A stretch of 64,000 nt of DNA from contig MU054212.1 in the NCBI GenBank assembly GCA_013239625.1, forward strand, positions 8,914,898 through 8,978,897, given 5' to 3'. Positions 48,060 to 61,573 of the stretch are shown here, piece after piece. Origin of the DNA: Lama guanicoe (lineage: Eukaryota). Position numbers and translations under genes: made by a program. The notes below the pieces were generated by a model. It was given only the letters and a program-made list of their open reading frames with translations. It searched no databases and had not been told where the DNA came from. Every line of letters starts with the position of its first letter. The first letter of the stretch is position 1.

Positions 48060-48315
48060 CCATCTGGGAGGCAGCATTTGGGAGGCTCCAGGGAGGCCCC
48101 AGGCTGCCCGGGTTGGGGCCGAGCTCTGTCACTTTCTATGTGACTTCAGCAACGTTGCAAACTCTTTTGGGCCTCAATCTCCTCTCTTTAAAAACAGCAA
48201 TAATGTTACCCACTTCATAGGAGTTTTATGAAGGCTGAATCGGTATAAAGTACTTAGAACCTCATCTGGCACAAGATAAGAATTCTGTAAATGTTAAGAG
48301 CGATTATGATTATTG
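48060..48315 (+). mobile_element. MIR SINE
   Basis: tatgtgacttcagcaa...gggcctcaatctcctctctttaaaaca...cttcataggagttttatgaagg...taaagtacttagaac...tctggcaca...taaatgtta. Confidence 0.75.
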
Positions 48316-51300
48316 TTTTCTGAACCCAAACTGACACAGTATCCCACTGGGGGCTGAGAAAAGTAGACCCATGATTATTTAATTTTCCTCTGAAAGCTTT
48401 AGCCAGGAAACAGAAGACAGGCATATTTACTAGAAAAGTGAGGATAAAATGATTATTTTAAAATGGTTGATATGATTATTTCTGTAGAAGAAGCCAAAAG
48501 AATCAGTCAGAAGATTTTTCGAATCAGTATTAGCAGCAAGATGGCCATATATAAAGAGATACATGACACTTAATCTTTCTCTAATGTGTCAGCATTAATC
48601 AATTAGGAAATATAGTAATGGAAGGAGGGAAGCTGTCTAATTTGGAGAGCCTCCTGTTGTGTGTCCCCTGTACACTGATATTTGATACAGAGAAATAAAA
48701 CATAGGCTTCTTGTAATTCTTCTTGAATTCCTAAGATAAACCGTATTTGGTCCTGTCTTATTATTTTCACAAATTGCATACTTTGCTTTGCCAATGTTTT
48801 CTTAGATCTTTGCATCTTAATTGTTTGTGTGTCCTCTTTGTTAGATTTTAGTATTGAGGTTAAACCAGTTCCTTAAAAAAACCCAGGACACTTTTTTTTT
48901 TATCACTTTGTTTATTCTTCATTGATGATACACAGTAAACTTTCACAGGGACATACACATTTATATCAGTGTTCCATGTTATTTCCTTCTAAGGTATGTA
49001 ACACATGATGGCATGCAGTAGAAAAAAGAAACATATATTTTGGTATATGCTATCCCAAGATCCCAGTACTGTTTTCAGTACTTACAATATAAATTTGAGC
49101 AAATTATTTCTTTTGACCTCAGTTTTTTCATTAATACCATAGGACTATTACTATCTTTAATTTATTATTTTATTACTATCTTTAAGGTAGTATTACATTA
49201 AATCATTATATTGATTTTTCTATTCCTTTGCATAAATCACAATATTGGCAATGCTACAGAAACAGAAAATTCAGCCACAGAAAAATATCCTTTGCTCCGC
49301 ATATTTGCCCTTAGGATACTTTTTATCCTCAGTAAGTTCTGGAGAAGGTTATAGAGTGAGGCACTTGTACAGCAAAAGGCAAGATGGTGTGAGCGATGGT
49401 GGAGACAGACACTCTGCTTTTAGCCCAGGTCTGTTTCCACCAGCCACGTGACTTCATGCAGGTTACATCATTACTACAAGCTTTGCTTTCCTCATCTGCA
49501 GAATGGGCAGAGCAATGGTACTCACACCACAGGTGGGAGAAAGCGAGAGTCGGGCGGGAGAGGGAGGACAGCTTCTGTGGACCTGGCTGCACTCACCACC
49601 CCCTCGCCTCCACCTTGGTGGGCCCCCTCCTTTGCCAGGAGCTCCTGGAGCCTGGAGCCTCATCCCGTGTTAGGGGGCTTCCGCAGCCTTTGGCTCCCAG
49701 TTTCACTCAGGTTTCTTCCATCGTTGGATTTTGCGTGCAAGGGCAGGCAGGGAAGGAGGTGGAAATATTGAGGCAGAGGAATTAAAAGGGAAAAGCTACT
49801 AAAAAATAGACCTGTTTTGCTCTTGGAGCTCTTAAATTCCATTAGGGTTTAACTTAACCAGTCCGACAGCCTGGTTTCTCAGTGCATAAGCAGAGAAAAG
49901 ATGGCCCCTCCAGAGGGGTGGGGCTGCGTGGCTTCTCAGAGGATTGCCCTAGTTCTCATGCAGGTGTCTGAAATCCCACGTGACCACAGGACTGGAGAAT
50001 TCTGTGGGAAAACTGAAGTACTTCCTCCAAATGCAACTTGGCAGTTGTTGGAAGATAAAGTGGGGGCTCTCAGTGGGCCCTTTCTGAACTTCTTCAGAAC
50101 TTCAGGTATTCTGAAATATTTTCTGCTGCCATCCTGTGCTCCCCACCTCTGGGCATCTAGAGCATGCATTTTATCTGTTCATTTGCTATTTATTATTGAC
50201 TCATAACTGCTAGTAACAGGAGTTACAGAAAATCCTCCAGATTCAAGGGCTTCGGGTTTTGCTGGTTATAATAGTGCAGGTCTGGCCATCATCATCAGGG
50301 GTTCACTGGTTTCTGCCCCCAGCTCAGCCCTGGGCTCAGCTCTGGGTGAGTTGCACACCTGGTGGCAGCTGCCCCCATCCCCAGAAAGCCTTTCCCGGCG
50401 GGTTCACACAAAAGGCTGCTCACTAACTCAGTTCCGTGCACTGAATGGAAACTTCTTCCTCATCTGATCACAAGAATTGAGGGAGTGTCAACACTGGAGC
50501 TGTCAAGAGAGAAGATGTATTGTGTGTGAGAAAGAAAGTTTTGAAGAAGACTGTTTACAGGAATCTCAAACTTGTCCTCTGGAGATGGGTCAAGTGTTCT
50601 GTATTTGTGTGAGCTCCAGACGAGTGTTTTGCACATCGCAAAAGTGAAAAGGAGGGGCTCACGGGCACTGGAAGGGGCTGTGACGGCAGATCCTCTCCCC
50701 ACGAGGGGCTGCCGGGTTGTGGGCAACTGCGTGCCTTTGTAGCACTCTGCAAGTGGTTTCCCTTTCTCTTGTAAAATCACCCCAAAATCACTTTTGCAAC
50801 CACACTTTCCCCTCTTATCTGGTCTCCAGAATAAAACACAGAGTTGTTGCAGTAATGTAATTCCTGTGACTTCATAGTCACGATACTCGTGTCCCCGTCT
50901 CCTCCAGCACAACCGCAAAACCAGGGAGCAGGAGAGTGTAGGGAGACTCTTAGACGTGAAGCCCTGATGGGGAGAGGGCTTCAGCCACTGAGAAACCACG
51001 CTGTCACCTGCTCCAGGGCTGATGGGCTGGCTCCCTTTAGCCTTTGTCCGTTGGTTCCCCCTTCCTCCAAACCTCAAAGCCTTTGTTACCCTCAAGTAGC
51101 CTGGACTCCTTCATCGTCCTCACCTGCTCTGGGCTTTGGTCCTTCTGTGCAAAAGCTGCCGAGCCCTCGTGGGAGGAGAACTGGGGAGGGGCTGTCCTTT
51201 TTCCTTCCTCGTAAGAAATGAAGTGAAAAGGAAGCAAGAGTGAGATGGGGTTGTGTCAGTTGACATTCCTGCTCTCTTTGGTGGACTCCGGTCTTCCTGT

Positions 51301-51772
51301 AAGAGCAGAAGGGAAAAGCTGCCAGTCTTGAATTGAGGGACTGCCCTGCTGATTAACCCACTACGTGTGTCCTTCCCCTGTACCCAGAAACATGTGAAAA
51401 ATAGCCGTGGGAGTGATCAGGCAGATCTGTGCTGTTACATGCCAGGGATTTCACTTCTCGGGCACAGATTTTAAAGTTTTCCCAACACGATCAGGCCCGA
51501 GTACGCACCACTCTGTGGAGCCGACTAGGTTTGGCAGTGAAATGTGTGTGCCAGTCCAAAGGGTCCAACTCTATTATTTCATTTTCCATAAGGCCCTGTG
51601 ACGTCACATTATTTCAGGGTAGGTTCTTGTTCTGTTTAGGTGCCTGCTTGTCTGGAGCCTCCCCGGGGCGGTGGGGGTGTGTGTCAGAACCTTCACATTG
51701 ATTGACAGCAAGCAGGCGCCCTCTTGCCCACTCCCCTGATGCCCTGAATGTTTTGTCTCCTGTCTCCGTTAG

Positions 51773-51837
51773 GCGGGGCAAGAAGCACAGCATCATCCTG
51801 AGGACGCAGCTGTCCGTGAGGGTCCACGCCTGCATCG
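51773..51837 (+). CDS. FHOD3: FHOD3 coding exon 3 (65 nt, phase 2 to phase 1)
   Basis: Acceptor ttttgtctcctgtctccgttag| and donor |gtgagt. The first G completes GG|G (Gly), then RGKKHSIILRTQLSVRVHACI plus the first base of Glu, continuing exon 2 in frame as in FHOD3 (...DDAGRGKKHSIILRTQLSVRVHACIEKLY...). Confidence 0.97.
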
Positions 51838-52622
51838 GTGAGTGACGTCCGCGGGGCGGGACGCTTGCCACCTGCCCTCAGCCGTTAAACACGTGATGAG
51901 AAAGGCGTCTGATGGGAATAAAATGCGGTGTTTGCTGTTAGGCTCCCCGCTTGGGTCAGCCCCGCCACAGGTTGCTGGAGTGCCAGGTGGAGCAATGTCT
52001 GGCACTTGTTTCGGAAGCCCTGTTTCACTCCGACTTCCTTTGCTGTTTGGTCAGTGAGTAGAGCTGGAGGGAGACAGATGGTCCATGAGGTTTTTTTTAG
52101 GCGATGCTCGGAGAGAGGGGGTTCTTCCTGGGACTGTGAAAGTGTGAACCTCCAGCCAGCTGAGGTGACCTTGGCGGGCCTCCTGGTGGCTCTCTGCGGC
52201 TCCTCGTGGGGAAGTGGGGTCTGAGGCTCCAGGCTGTGGTCTCAGGCAACTGAAAGGGAAATCTCGGGGCAGTGCTGGACGGGGCGCACGAGGATGAGAG
52301 CAGGGTGGTGTTGAGCGGATGTGTTTGTGGTGCTGACGACTAGCCTGCGGTCACACAGGAGCCCCTCTCAGCCTGCTCTTGCAGCCTTCGGGTTTCCTGG
52401 ACCCACTGGTTTCCCCACCTGTGCGCACAGGTTGAATGGCAATGAAGGCGGTCATTTATGCTAAGAAGACGGTCTCTGTGTGAAGGTTTCCTCTTGCTAT
52501 TGGGTCAGGTTGAGGCAAGTGTGTAATATCATAAAAAAAGAAAGGAACTCAAAATCACCTTAGGCATAGAAGTTTGCGATATCTGAGTCATTTTGCTTTT
52601 ATTTAATACAGGCTGTGGTCTT

Positions 52623-52846
52623 TTTTAAAAAATGCTTTTATTTTAAACTTCTTTTTTTAACATTAAAAATTTTTAAAATATTTTATTTATTTATTATTGT
52701 ATTATTTAATTATTTTGTTTTGGCAGTGGAGGCGGGGGAGAGATAATTAGGTTTATTTATCTTTAGAGGAGGTATTGGGGGTAGAACCCAGGACTCATGC
52801 ATGCAAAGCATGCGCTCTGCCACTTAAGCTATACCCTGCCCCCCCA
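52623..52846 (-). mobile_element. vic-1-like tRNA-derived SINE, long form with AT-rich tail
   Basis: Minus strand GGGGGGGCAGGGTATAGCTTAAGTGGCAGAGCGCATGCTTTGCATGCATGAGTCCTGGGTTCTACCCCCAATACCTCCTCTAAAGATAAATAAACCTAATT...; 13-bp TSD AGGCTGTGGTCTT at 52610-52622 and 52847-52859. Confidence 0.92.
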
Positions 52847-53654
52847 AGGCTGTGGTCTTAATTCAGGCCTCTGATCAGGAGAGCATCCGTCATCCTGCTG
52901 CGGCCCAGTCTACACCTGGGGCGTGGAATGCGCTAAGTGGAGTGGAAGGAACCGTTTCTGGCCCCTCCTCCTTCCCCCAGTTTCCCTGTTGGAGACCCAG
53001 GGCCGGGGTGAGGGCGCAGCTGGACGTGCTGGGGAATCCATGTCGTTTTACCTCATTCTGGGTTAAGTGGTTGAGGCTGCAAGTGTCCTGAGTGATAGCT
53101 TTTGTCTGACTCTGTGGTTGGCGAGTAATTGTGTAACCGACACACAAACCTGAGGGGCCAGAGCGCCAGGGGTTCGGGATGGTTCACGATCTTGTTGGAA
53201 ACAAGGTGCGATCTGTAGGACCTTCAGCCCTGCCCGTTTGCGTCTCTGTTGCCTGCAGCACTAAGTGACCTTCAACTAGGCGTGGGCACTTGATTATATG
53301 TGATTAGTTGCTTTTTTATTACCTGCTTTATATTTTCCCAGTTATTTTATGTGCATAAGCCTTGCCTACCTGAAGAAAAGGCCTGTGACTTATGACTTTG
53401 GATAAACTCCCCTCCCGCCCTCCTCGTGGCTCTAGAACAAATCCAGGCTATGGATTTGCCTGGATAAGGCATAAGGTGCTATGAATACCGTGGAAGTTAA
53501 GTATTGGTTGAAATGTAGCTGATAACCCGTAGAGATCTGGGACATGAGTATGAACTGGTACTTCCCAGGAGCAGTAAGGCAGCGGAAAGCATATTTACAC
53601 TAAAACAGGTTAGATCAAAAGCCTAATGAGCTCTTTTTAAGAAGACTCACTCTT

Positions 53655-54054
53655 GAAGTAAGTCAGACAGACAAAGACAAATATCGTATGATATCACTTA
53701 TATGTGGAATCTAAAAAAATGGTATACGTCCTATTTACAAATCAAAAACAGACTCGTGGACATAGAAGGCAAAAACTATGGTTACCAAAGGGGAAAGTGT
53801 GGGGAGGGATAAATCAGGCGTTGGGGATTGACAGACACACGTTACTATGTATAAAATAGATGAGCAACAAAGAACTACTGTGTAGCACAGGGAATTCTAT
53901 TCAATTTCTTGTAATAACATATAATGGAAAAGAATCTGAAAAGAAAAAATATATATGTATGTGTATGTATAACTGAATCACTTTGCTGTACACCTGAAAC
54001 TAGGATTGTAAATCAACTGCACTTCAATAAAATTTTTTTAAAAAAAGAAGAAAA
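53655..54054 (+). mobile_element. Cetartiodactyl-type 5'-truncated L1 3' UTR
   Basis: Closely similar to 31425-31830; 16-bp TSD AAGAAGACTCACTCTT (53639-53654) / AAGAAAACTCACTCTT (54055-54070); TT|AAGA nick site. Confidence 0.93.
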
Positions 54055-57000
54055 AAGAAAACTCACTCTTTTGCAGTAGACCCTTAAAAAATTTCAAGTA
54101 CAGGAGTTTTCTAGCCGGCTTCCATGTTATTGACTCACTGCATTAACTGCTGTATCCTTCTACAGTCCCGTGTAGTACGTGTCAACACACATCTTGTCCC
54201 TGGGGCACCTGGGCACCAGCGGCTGGTACAGCCCACTCTCTCCCAGGACACCCATGTCTTCCTGCTTGAGGGGTGGAACTGGGTGCTGACAGGATCAGCG
54301 CATTTGTTCTCAAACCTCCTTGAGCCACTTGCTACTGGAATTATGTAGTTTAATGAAATGGGACATCAGCATTTTATAAACTGATTAAATGTAAGTAGCA
54401 AAAGTCACTGCTGTGAGTATTTTGGAGAAGATTCAACACTTGTGACTACAAAAGCAAGTCTGTCAATGTGAGTGGGTTGGGACAGCTATAAAAAGTGGGG
54501 GAATGTTGTAAAAATCCGGAAAGAGTCTAGTCTTCATACGTATCTTCAGTTCTCGCTCAACTTCAAAGAAACTGAGATTGGGAATTACGAGGCTGCGAAC
54601 TCCTAGACTGGGCACCATTCACGCAGGAAGGTCCGTGGGAGCTCCATCAGACCTCTGTCCAAAGGAGGGTCATGGCCCCCAGCGGTGTGAGGGTGCGTCT
54701 CCTGTGCTGTACGCCTGGCCACCGGCTGTGCCTCATCCCAGGAAACAAGACCATCAGTCACCGTGGCTGCACATTAAAGTCAAGTCTTAAGGTGTGTATG
54801 TATCATTTTTAAAGGATTTTCTGCTTTCATCAGTTTTCACCATCAGTTACCTCAGGCCCGAGTATGTCGGCTGAGAGGGTTTGACTGTGTGAATTAACGT
54901 CGGTACCCAAGAAGGCAAAGGTTTTCCTTTGTGTTAAAAAAAATCCTCTTTCTCCTTCCATTTCCTGTTATTGGCAAGATCTGGAATAGATGTACTATAA
55001 TAGCACTAATATTATCCTTTGGTTTATATATGAAAGAGGAATGTGTTCATCTTATGTGTGATGTACCCACCAACCCCCATTGTGACGTGTTCTTTCTTCT
55101 TCCAAAGGGCAGTATTAGATGAGATTTCTTTGGGATTTAAAAAAAAAACAAAAAAACCAAACCTGGAATAATCTTCGGTTGAAATAACAAAAGAAAACAT
55201 GACAAAGGGGAGAAAACCTATTTCTCATCAGTTGGTTGAGTCTTTATTTCTTTTCAAGATTATTTCCCCTCTTCACCATTTGAGAAATGGTTAAATTATT
55301 GTAGCCATTGGACAGTGGCTGCTGCCTTCTGCCGAAGATCACAGGCAACTCCCCCAAGGACCTTCCTCCCCACCGCACCATTGGGCTGGAAGGATCCGGG
55401 ATCCGCTTAGGCTCATGGGCTTCAAGTGCTGTCAAGTAAATTTCTCCAAAATAATGTTTTTCACCCTATGTTCTCTTTTCCTTCATTCCTGTTTTTATTA
55501 AGTATAGGAATGTTTAGAATCCAGGACTGCATGTTGATGAATTGGAGGCGACATGCCTTTGGAATTCTCCAGTGTTGACTTTGGAACTCTGTACCCATTG
55601 GGATGAGAGCAGATAGCAAACCTCACGAGCAATGAAGGCCACGGGGCGCTGCTCCGACAGTCACAGCTAGGCGCCGAGACAGGTCTTTGCTGATCATGCA
55701 GCAGGAAGCTGGAGTGAGATTTTGGTGGGGAGAGAGGCCCCGAGCTTTTTGTACCTCTGAGCTCCTCTCCGCTGTAGTTCTTCGCACATTTTTAGTGTGC
55801 CCACTAATGTAACATAAGGTAGTAAACAGTGCGTGCCTTACCTTCTTAATCTAACTTCAGTCACTCAAAAAAATAAATAAATAAAAAAGAAAGAAAGAAA
55901 AGAAAAAGCCGTGATGGTCATACTGTGGGCATGAACTTACAGATATAAATTTAAAAAAAAACATCTATGACAGGCATGTGAAGTCTGCATTTAATGAAGT
56001 TAGCTAGAGAAAATAAATTTTTTGGTCCCGGTAAGTCATCCTATTGCCAGACACCAGAAGAATGATCAGAGGGCCAACTGGCTCTGGTGACTAAATCTCG
56101 TTGTGAGGAGAAGAGGAGTGGGAGAATCGTGGGTAAGGAACGGAACTGAGAATTTAAAAAAAATAAGGTTTGATGTCTTTAGGGTCCTAAAGTTAATATC
56201 TGAGTGTTTTCTATCTGCTGACTTTGAAGGCATTTTGTTTGGCTTAAAACCTCTGGTGCTTCAGTTTTCTGAAGCAGACCCTGTCTTTTCATCAAGAAAA
56301 TAAACCCAGTTGATTGATTCCCTGGGACCCATAAGGCTGACACTTTAAAGTATCCAGCATTGAGTGAAATGAAAGGATAAAAAATTGTCTGACGATTCTA
56401 AAGTGTGATTTATACTTGTAGTCGGGAGGAACCACTTGGTGCAAAGGGTCTTTAAACCCTTCAGAGGCTTCCCTCAAACCTCTGTGAGGATGAGGTCTGC
56501 CTGTGAAGATAAGAGGTGAGCTCGGCAGAAGCTGGCAAGGAATCCGAAGTGATTAATCTCTCCAGATTAGTCTCATCGCTCATGAAAGATCAAATCACAG
56601 GGAGACAGACACTTTTAAAGGCAAGAAAACGACACAGGAGACGGCCGCTTCATCCACTGATGCGGGAAATTAGTCAATTTCCAGCAACATCAACAGATGT
56701 AATTTTTTCCCCACTAGAACAGAAATGAATTTTAATTCATTGGGAGGTGCACCAGTGAACAGAGTCCTTTGAAGGGCACTTTCTAAGTCAATGAGTGAGA
56801 TGACACAGAGCCAGGGCAGAGTAACTTCTTGGAACAGATAATACAAACACAGGAATTCACAAAATTCGGTGGGACCTAAATGGTGGTGAAACTAAAGTCC
56901 CAAATATTCCCATCTAGTTCCGTTGGTGGATCAGTTTAAATACCCCTTTGCTTACTCTTAGTAAGGATCCTGGGACAGTTTGTCTTCTTTCGTTAAAACA

Positions 57001-60000
57001 TTATTCCTTACACTCTTAAAAATAAAATTTAAGAACATTTCTCAGAGATTAAGCTATAACCTTCCATGGCTTTCATTACTATTTTGTACAAAAACCCTAG
57101 TGTTGTCAATTAAAATGTATTTTGCAACAGCACCACTGGTCAAATTCAAAGATTGTCAAAGGCATTTCCTTCTTCGTAATTGGAGGGAATGTAACTGTAT
57201 ATGAGAAACATCAATGGAATGAGGCATCAGTGTATCATTTGCAAAGCATTTTCCACTCACCAGCTAAGTCCTGCAGCTGTGTGCTTTGCACTGCTCTGCT
57301 GTAGCAAAGAGCGGAATGACCAACAGTGGAGCATCTATCTCTTCAAGAAGAACCCTCTGGTGTAAGAGTGGCTGCGGGGATTCAGCTCGTGTGCTAGCAG
57401 ATGCGGAGGAGGTGGCTCCCTGGGCCACCATGTTCGGAAGGATCCTGAGAGTGTGTGCGGTCTTAATGGGTCAGCATCCTGTCTTCGGGCCGGCTTCCAT
57501 TGGTGGTGATGGAGGTGGTGTGTGAGTCTGTATGGTGTGGATGATGGCTCCCGGCGAGCTACAGATTCTGTCCAGTGTTGGAACCCCCTGGAGATACAGT
57601 GTAGAGGGCGCTGGGCTTCTGTATGCAGAGGTGTGGAGTGGAGGTGATCCATGAGTCCTGCCACCAGTCCCTCCTGGTCCCCAGTCCCTTTCTCAGGTTC
57701 TCCCTTTTTTCTCATGCCTGTGAGTTTGGCGTGCCTCCTCCGTCCTCTCCCACCTTGCCGAGCGAGTACCTCTTTCCCCGCCTCTGGCTGTCTTTCCCTC
57801 TTGGCTCCGTGTGAGCTGGTTTTGTGTGTCTGAGCCCTCCTGGCCCTGCAGGGAGGCTCCCTCCCCTCCAGCTACCTTTTCTGATGTTACGTTCGCCCCA
57901 CAGGTGGGCTGCTAAGTGTTAACCAAGTGACCCTTACTGCGTCTTGATTCTGACGGTTTGGGGTTTCTGTTAAAACTAGACCTTTCCTTCTGGAGACATC
58001 AGAATGCCTTTTTGACACTCTTGAAGCTAACGGCACCTGCGTGGTGCTTCCGCATTGGCTTCTGCACTGTGGGCGCTGAGACGCCTGCGCAGTGACACGC
58101 ACTAGCTTGGTTGACTGGCTCGTCTGGGTGCCGGGGTAGGGGGTCCACACAGGTGCTGGTGGCTCTCTGTTGTCTGATGTTCTGCCCCCTGGTCCCCCCG
58201 CCCCGTCCACTGTGTATCTGCAGAAGCAGAGTGAAACAGGCTGTTCTCTGACCCGGAGCCACCCCCAGGTCGTTCTGGCCCCTGTGGGACCCCCGCCCTT
58301 CTTTCTCTAACTCTGGGTCTTGGACTCAGGCTTCTTGTCCTGCAGCAACAGGGGGCCGGTCCTGTGCTGGTCCTGCCTCCGCAGCCGTCGGTTAGGGCGG
58401 GGGTTCCCTCCTGCCCTGTTTGTGGATGTCACGGTGGCCAAAGCCACAGCGTCCTGACCGTACTCTTTCCTAGTGCGTTTAGGTGCCGTGGGTCACGGAT
58501 CCTGCCTTCTGTCCTTTGATGTAGGGATGCAGGGGTTCTCCATAAGCCCTGGAGCCCACCTCTCGTTTCTGCCGTCTTTCCGCGGAGCCCCGAGTGGCTG
58601 GCCGCAGCCTTGGCACTAGATGGGCTTGGATTTGAAATCCTGAGTCTCCTGTTGCAGAAGGACACTTCCAGGGCCTATTTATTTACTTTTTAAAAGAACC
58701 CTCTTCCCTTTTGTACTCTGTCAAGTCTGTGACCCATTTTTGCTCAGAGTTCTGCTCTCTAGGTAAAAACAAGCTCTCTGGGTTAATCAGATTAAACACC
58801 TCTTGTCATTTGTTTCCTATTAATCTGTCTCAGCTCCCAGATGGCAGACCCCACAGAAGGTCCCTGTGTCTAGAGGGCCATTGGGTCTGGGCTGGGGGAG
58901 ACCAGCTTGGCAGCTTCTCTCTGCTCCGTGCCATAAGTTGCCGCGTGGTCAGTGATTGACAGATGTACCCTCCCCCACCCCCCACAAATGGAGGAAAGAC
59001 ACAGGAAGGATGTAAAGTACACCAGTCAGTTGTCAACATGCCTGTCCCTAATGCTGTCATCATAGGGTATGCAGATAGGTCAGGAAGGATGTGTTGCTTC
59101 AAATTAAAAAGAACAACTAGAGGATGAATTTAAAGAATGACTCCACCATCTGTAGACACTCAGGTGAACATAAATGTGGGGGTAAATAAAGAACAGAAGA
59201 CACAAACCCATGAGAGAGCACGAGGACCTTCCAGATGCAGCTGGAAAGTCAGGTCAGCTGCAGAAATTAAGAGGCATCAAGAAAGGAACTATGGACACGA
59301 GCAAAGGAAACTGAAGCCCAGGAGAGAAAAGCAGGTGTATCCCGGTTTCTTACGGCAGCTTTCGTTCTTATTTGTGCTCTGTACCCCCCCCCCCAGACTT
59401 TCACCGTATTTCAATTGTTTGCTCACTGTCTCTGTAGGACTTTGTTACCTCTCATCTCTAAGGAGCTCTAGATGTTGGATGACAGAATGTGAACGTTGCC
59501 CGAGAACCATTATCATTGTGTTGGTTTTGCATTTTCCTGGTGATTGCTTATCTCCTTCACAAGGAACATGAAATTCTTCCCCCTCCCCCCAAATGGCCCT
59601 GGAGAATGTGGTCATATTGGTGGAGACACTCCGTAGCAGATGCTCCAAGTTTAAACCCTGTGCTGGCAGTTGGACTCCAAAGCTGCTGTCCAGCAGAACC
59701 TTACTTCTATCCAGAAAGCAACCCCTGGAAAGGGAACCACTGTATTTTTGACTTCTTTAGGAGAGTCCTTCCTACAAATGCTTTCTGCTCGCAGGTCTGA
59801 GCTGCATGTGGGGTCTAGTGCCTGGCTCTCTGCACCTGCACCAATCCCATAAAGAGACGACCTCAATTTTGTCACCAATCAGTAAGAATGCATGTCAGGA
59901 AACAAATGCTTTGTCTCGTTCCTAGAGACGTTGATATCCAGAGGGCTTGGGAGCTGACAAGTAGGATGGATGGCTTGCTGATGTCCTGCTAAGTCGAAGT

Positions 60001-61573
60001 TCTTCAAGGATTGGGTGCATACTCAGGTACTTTTCAGGTCTTGCAGAGAGACTTGGAGAAAACATTTCTGGGGAGAGGGATTCTTTGGGAAATTTCTATT
60101 AAGTTGGAAATACCTAAAGGGACATGTTTTAACTTAGGGGAAAAAAATCATGGAAAGCTTTAGTAGTTCATCAAGACATGCAGCCCGTTCAAGATTTAAC
60201 TCCAAGGGGAAAAAAAAGGTGATGGAGAATCTTTTACAAGTGCTGTTGGTCTCAAGTTCACGTAATAGAGTAATAGCAGTGGAACAAACAGCAAAGGAGA
60301 AAATTAAGAAGGTTAGCATAATTGAAATCTTGTTAGTGTAATTGAAAAGAAGCATGAATTCTGTTGTGAATTACACCCCGACGTGGCGTGATATGTCGAT
60401 ATCCTAGTAACTGGACTGTGATGGTGTGGGCAGGAAGGTGTCCGCTTTACAGGGATGTAGGGGTGTCTGTGGGACGAGGTGTAGAGCTGGTATGCATCCG
60501 GAACTTCGGTCATTTCCTCGCTTTAAAAAAAGGCTCCACTTTAGATTCAATGGTCATCCTAGATACTGCAGCTTGATACTGTAGCTACAAGTATTTCAAA
60601 AGTTGTAAAATGTTACAAAGATGACTCGTTTGAGAAGAACTCTATTAAATTGTAAATTGTTTACCTTGGTCATTTTGAAAAAGTAATGTGAACCGCGTTC
60701 AGTGAAAGACACTGAAAGATCTTTGCATTTTTTTTCCTGTTCTCAGCCACATTTCATGGGCCGTCCCCTCCCCGCTGCCCCCAGCCACAGGAGGGGCCAG
60801 GAAGGTGGTGTTTTCTCTAGGCCACGTGCCTAGGAGGTGGGGGGGGCTCAGGCTGGCCGCTCTGCATTACCTGACTGGTGGTCTCTGCGCTGGGCCGCTG
60901 TTTCTCTCTTTAGGCCATTTTATGCACAATCTTTTAGCCTTTTTTTACATTTGTGATTGCGGGACTGATGCAACCCTTCTGCTTTGAAAAGTTTGAGAAG
61001 AGCTGCCCAAACACCTAAATATATGTCTTTCCAAACATTTTCCCTCCATGACGTTTCACCAGGCTTCCAAGGAGGGTCTTCATGCTGAGCCCCTGTGTGG
61101 TTCACAGTTTACTGTAGGGGAGAAGAAACAGCGAAGAAAAATGGATTTCACCCTTTGAGAGCTAACTGTGTTTGGTAATGCAGTTAAAATCCCTGCTCCC
61201 GCCTTCCGAGCTGGGCTGCGGCTCCTCCTGGAGGTGGAACTGGAGCTTCCGGGCCCCTGCCAGGCTCCATCCTGACCCACTGGACACACGGCCTCTACGG
61301 CCTCTCATCTGGGGCTGCGCGTTAGGAATTCACTGGAAATTGTTGCCTGCTGCTTTAGGAGCTGCCCCAAAGGAGCAGAAGGGTTCTGGGCTGGAGGCCA
61401 TGAGTCCTCCTGCTCCGGGTTTGGAGATCTGGTTCTCATCTGGGAAGATCTGGGAGATAAGGATTCTGTGCCAGGGAGCAGCTAGCTCTTGAGTATTGAA
61501 GGTGGACTGTTTTGTGTCCAGCCCACAGAAGCAGCCCCTGATGTTTGTTGATTAAATAAAGCCTCTGCAATAC

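Larger units (their letters stand above)
42806..51772 (+). other. FHOD3: FHOD3 intron 2 (8967 nt, GT-AG, phase 2)
   Basis: Bounded by the exon 2 donor GTAAGA and exon 3 acceptor TTAG. Confidence 0.93.

Noticed and set aside
50460..51095. 211-aa minus-strand ORF
   Set aside because: No recognisable homology; antisense within intron 2.
59440..60350. Possible old LTR or processed pseudogene fragment
   Set aside because: I could not match it to any consensus or protein; no poly(A)/TSD structure seen.
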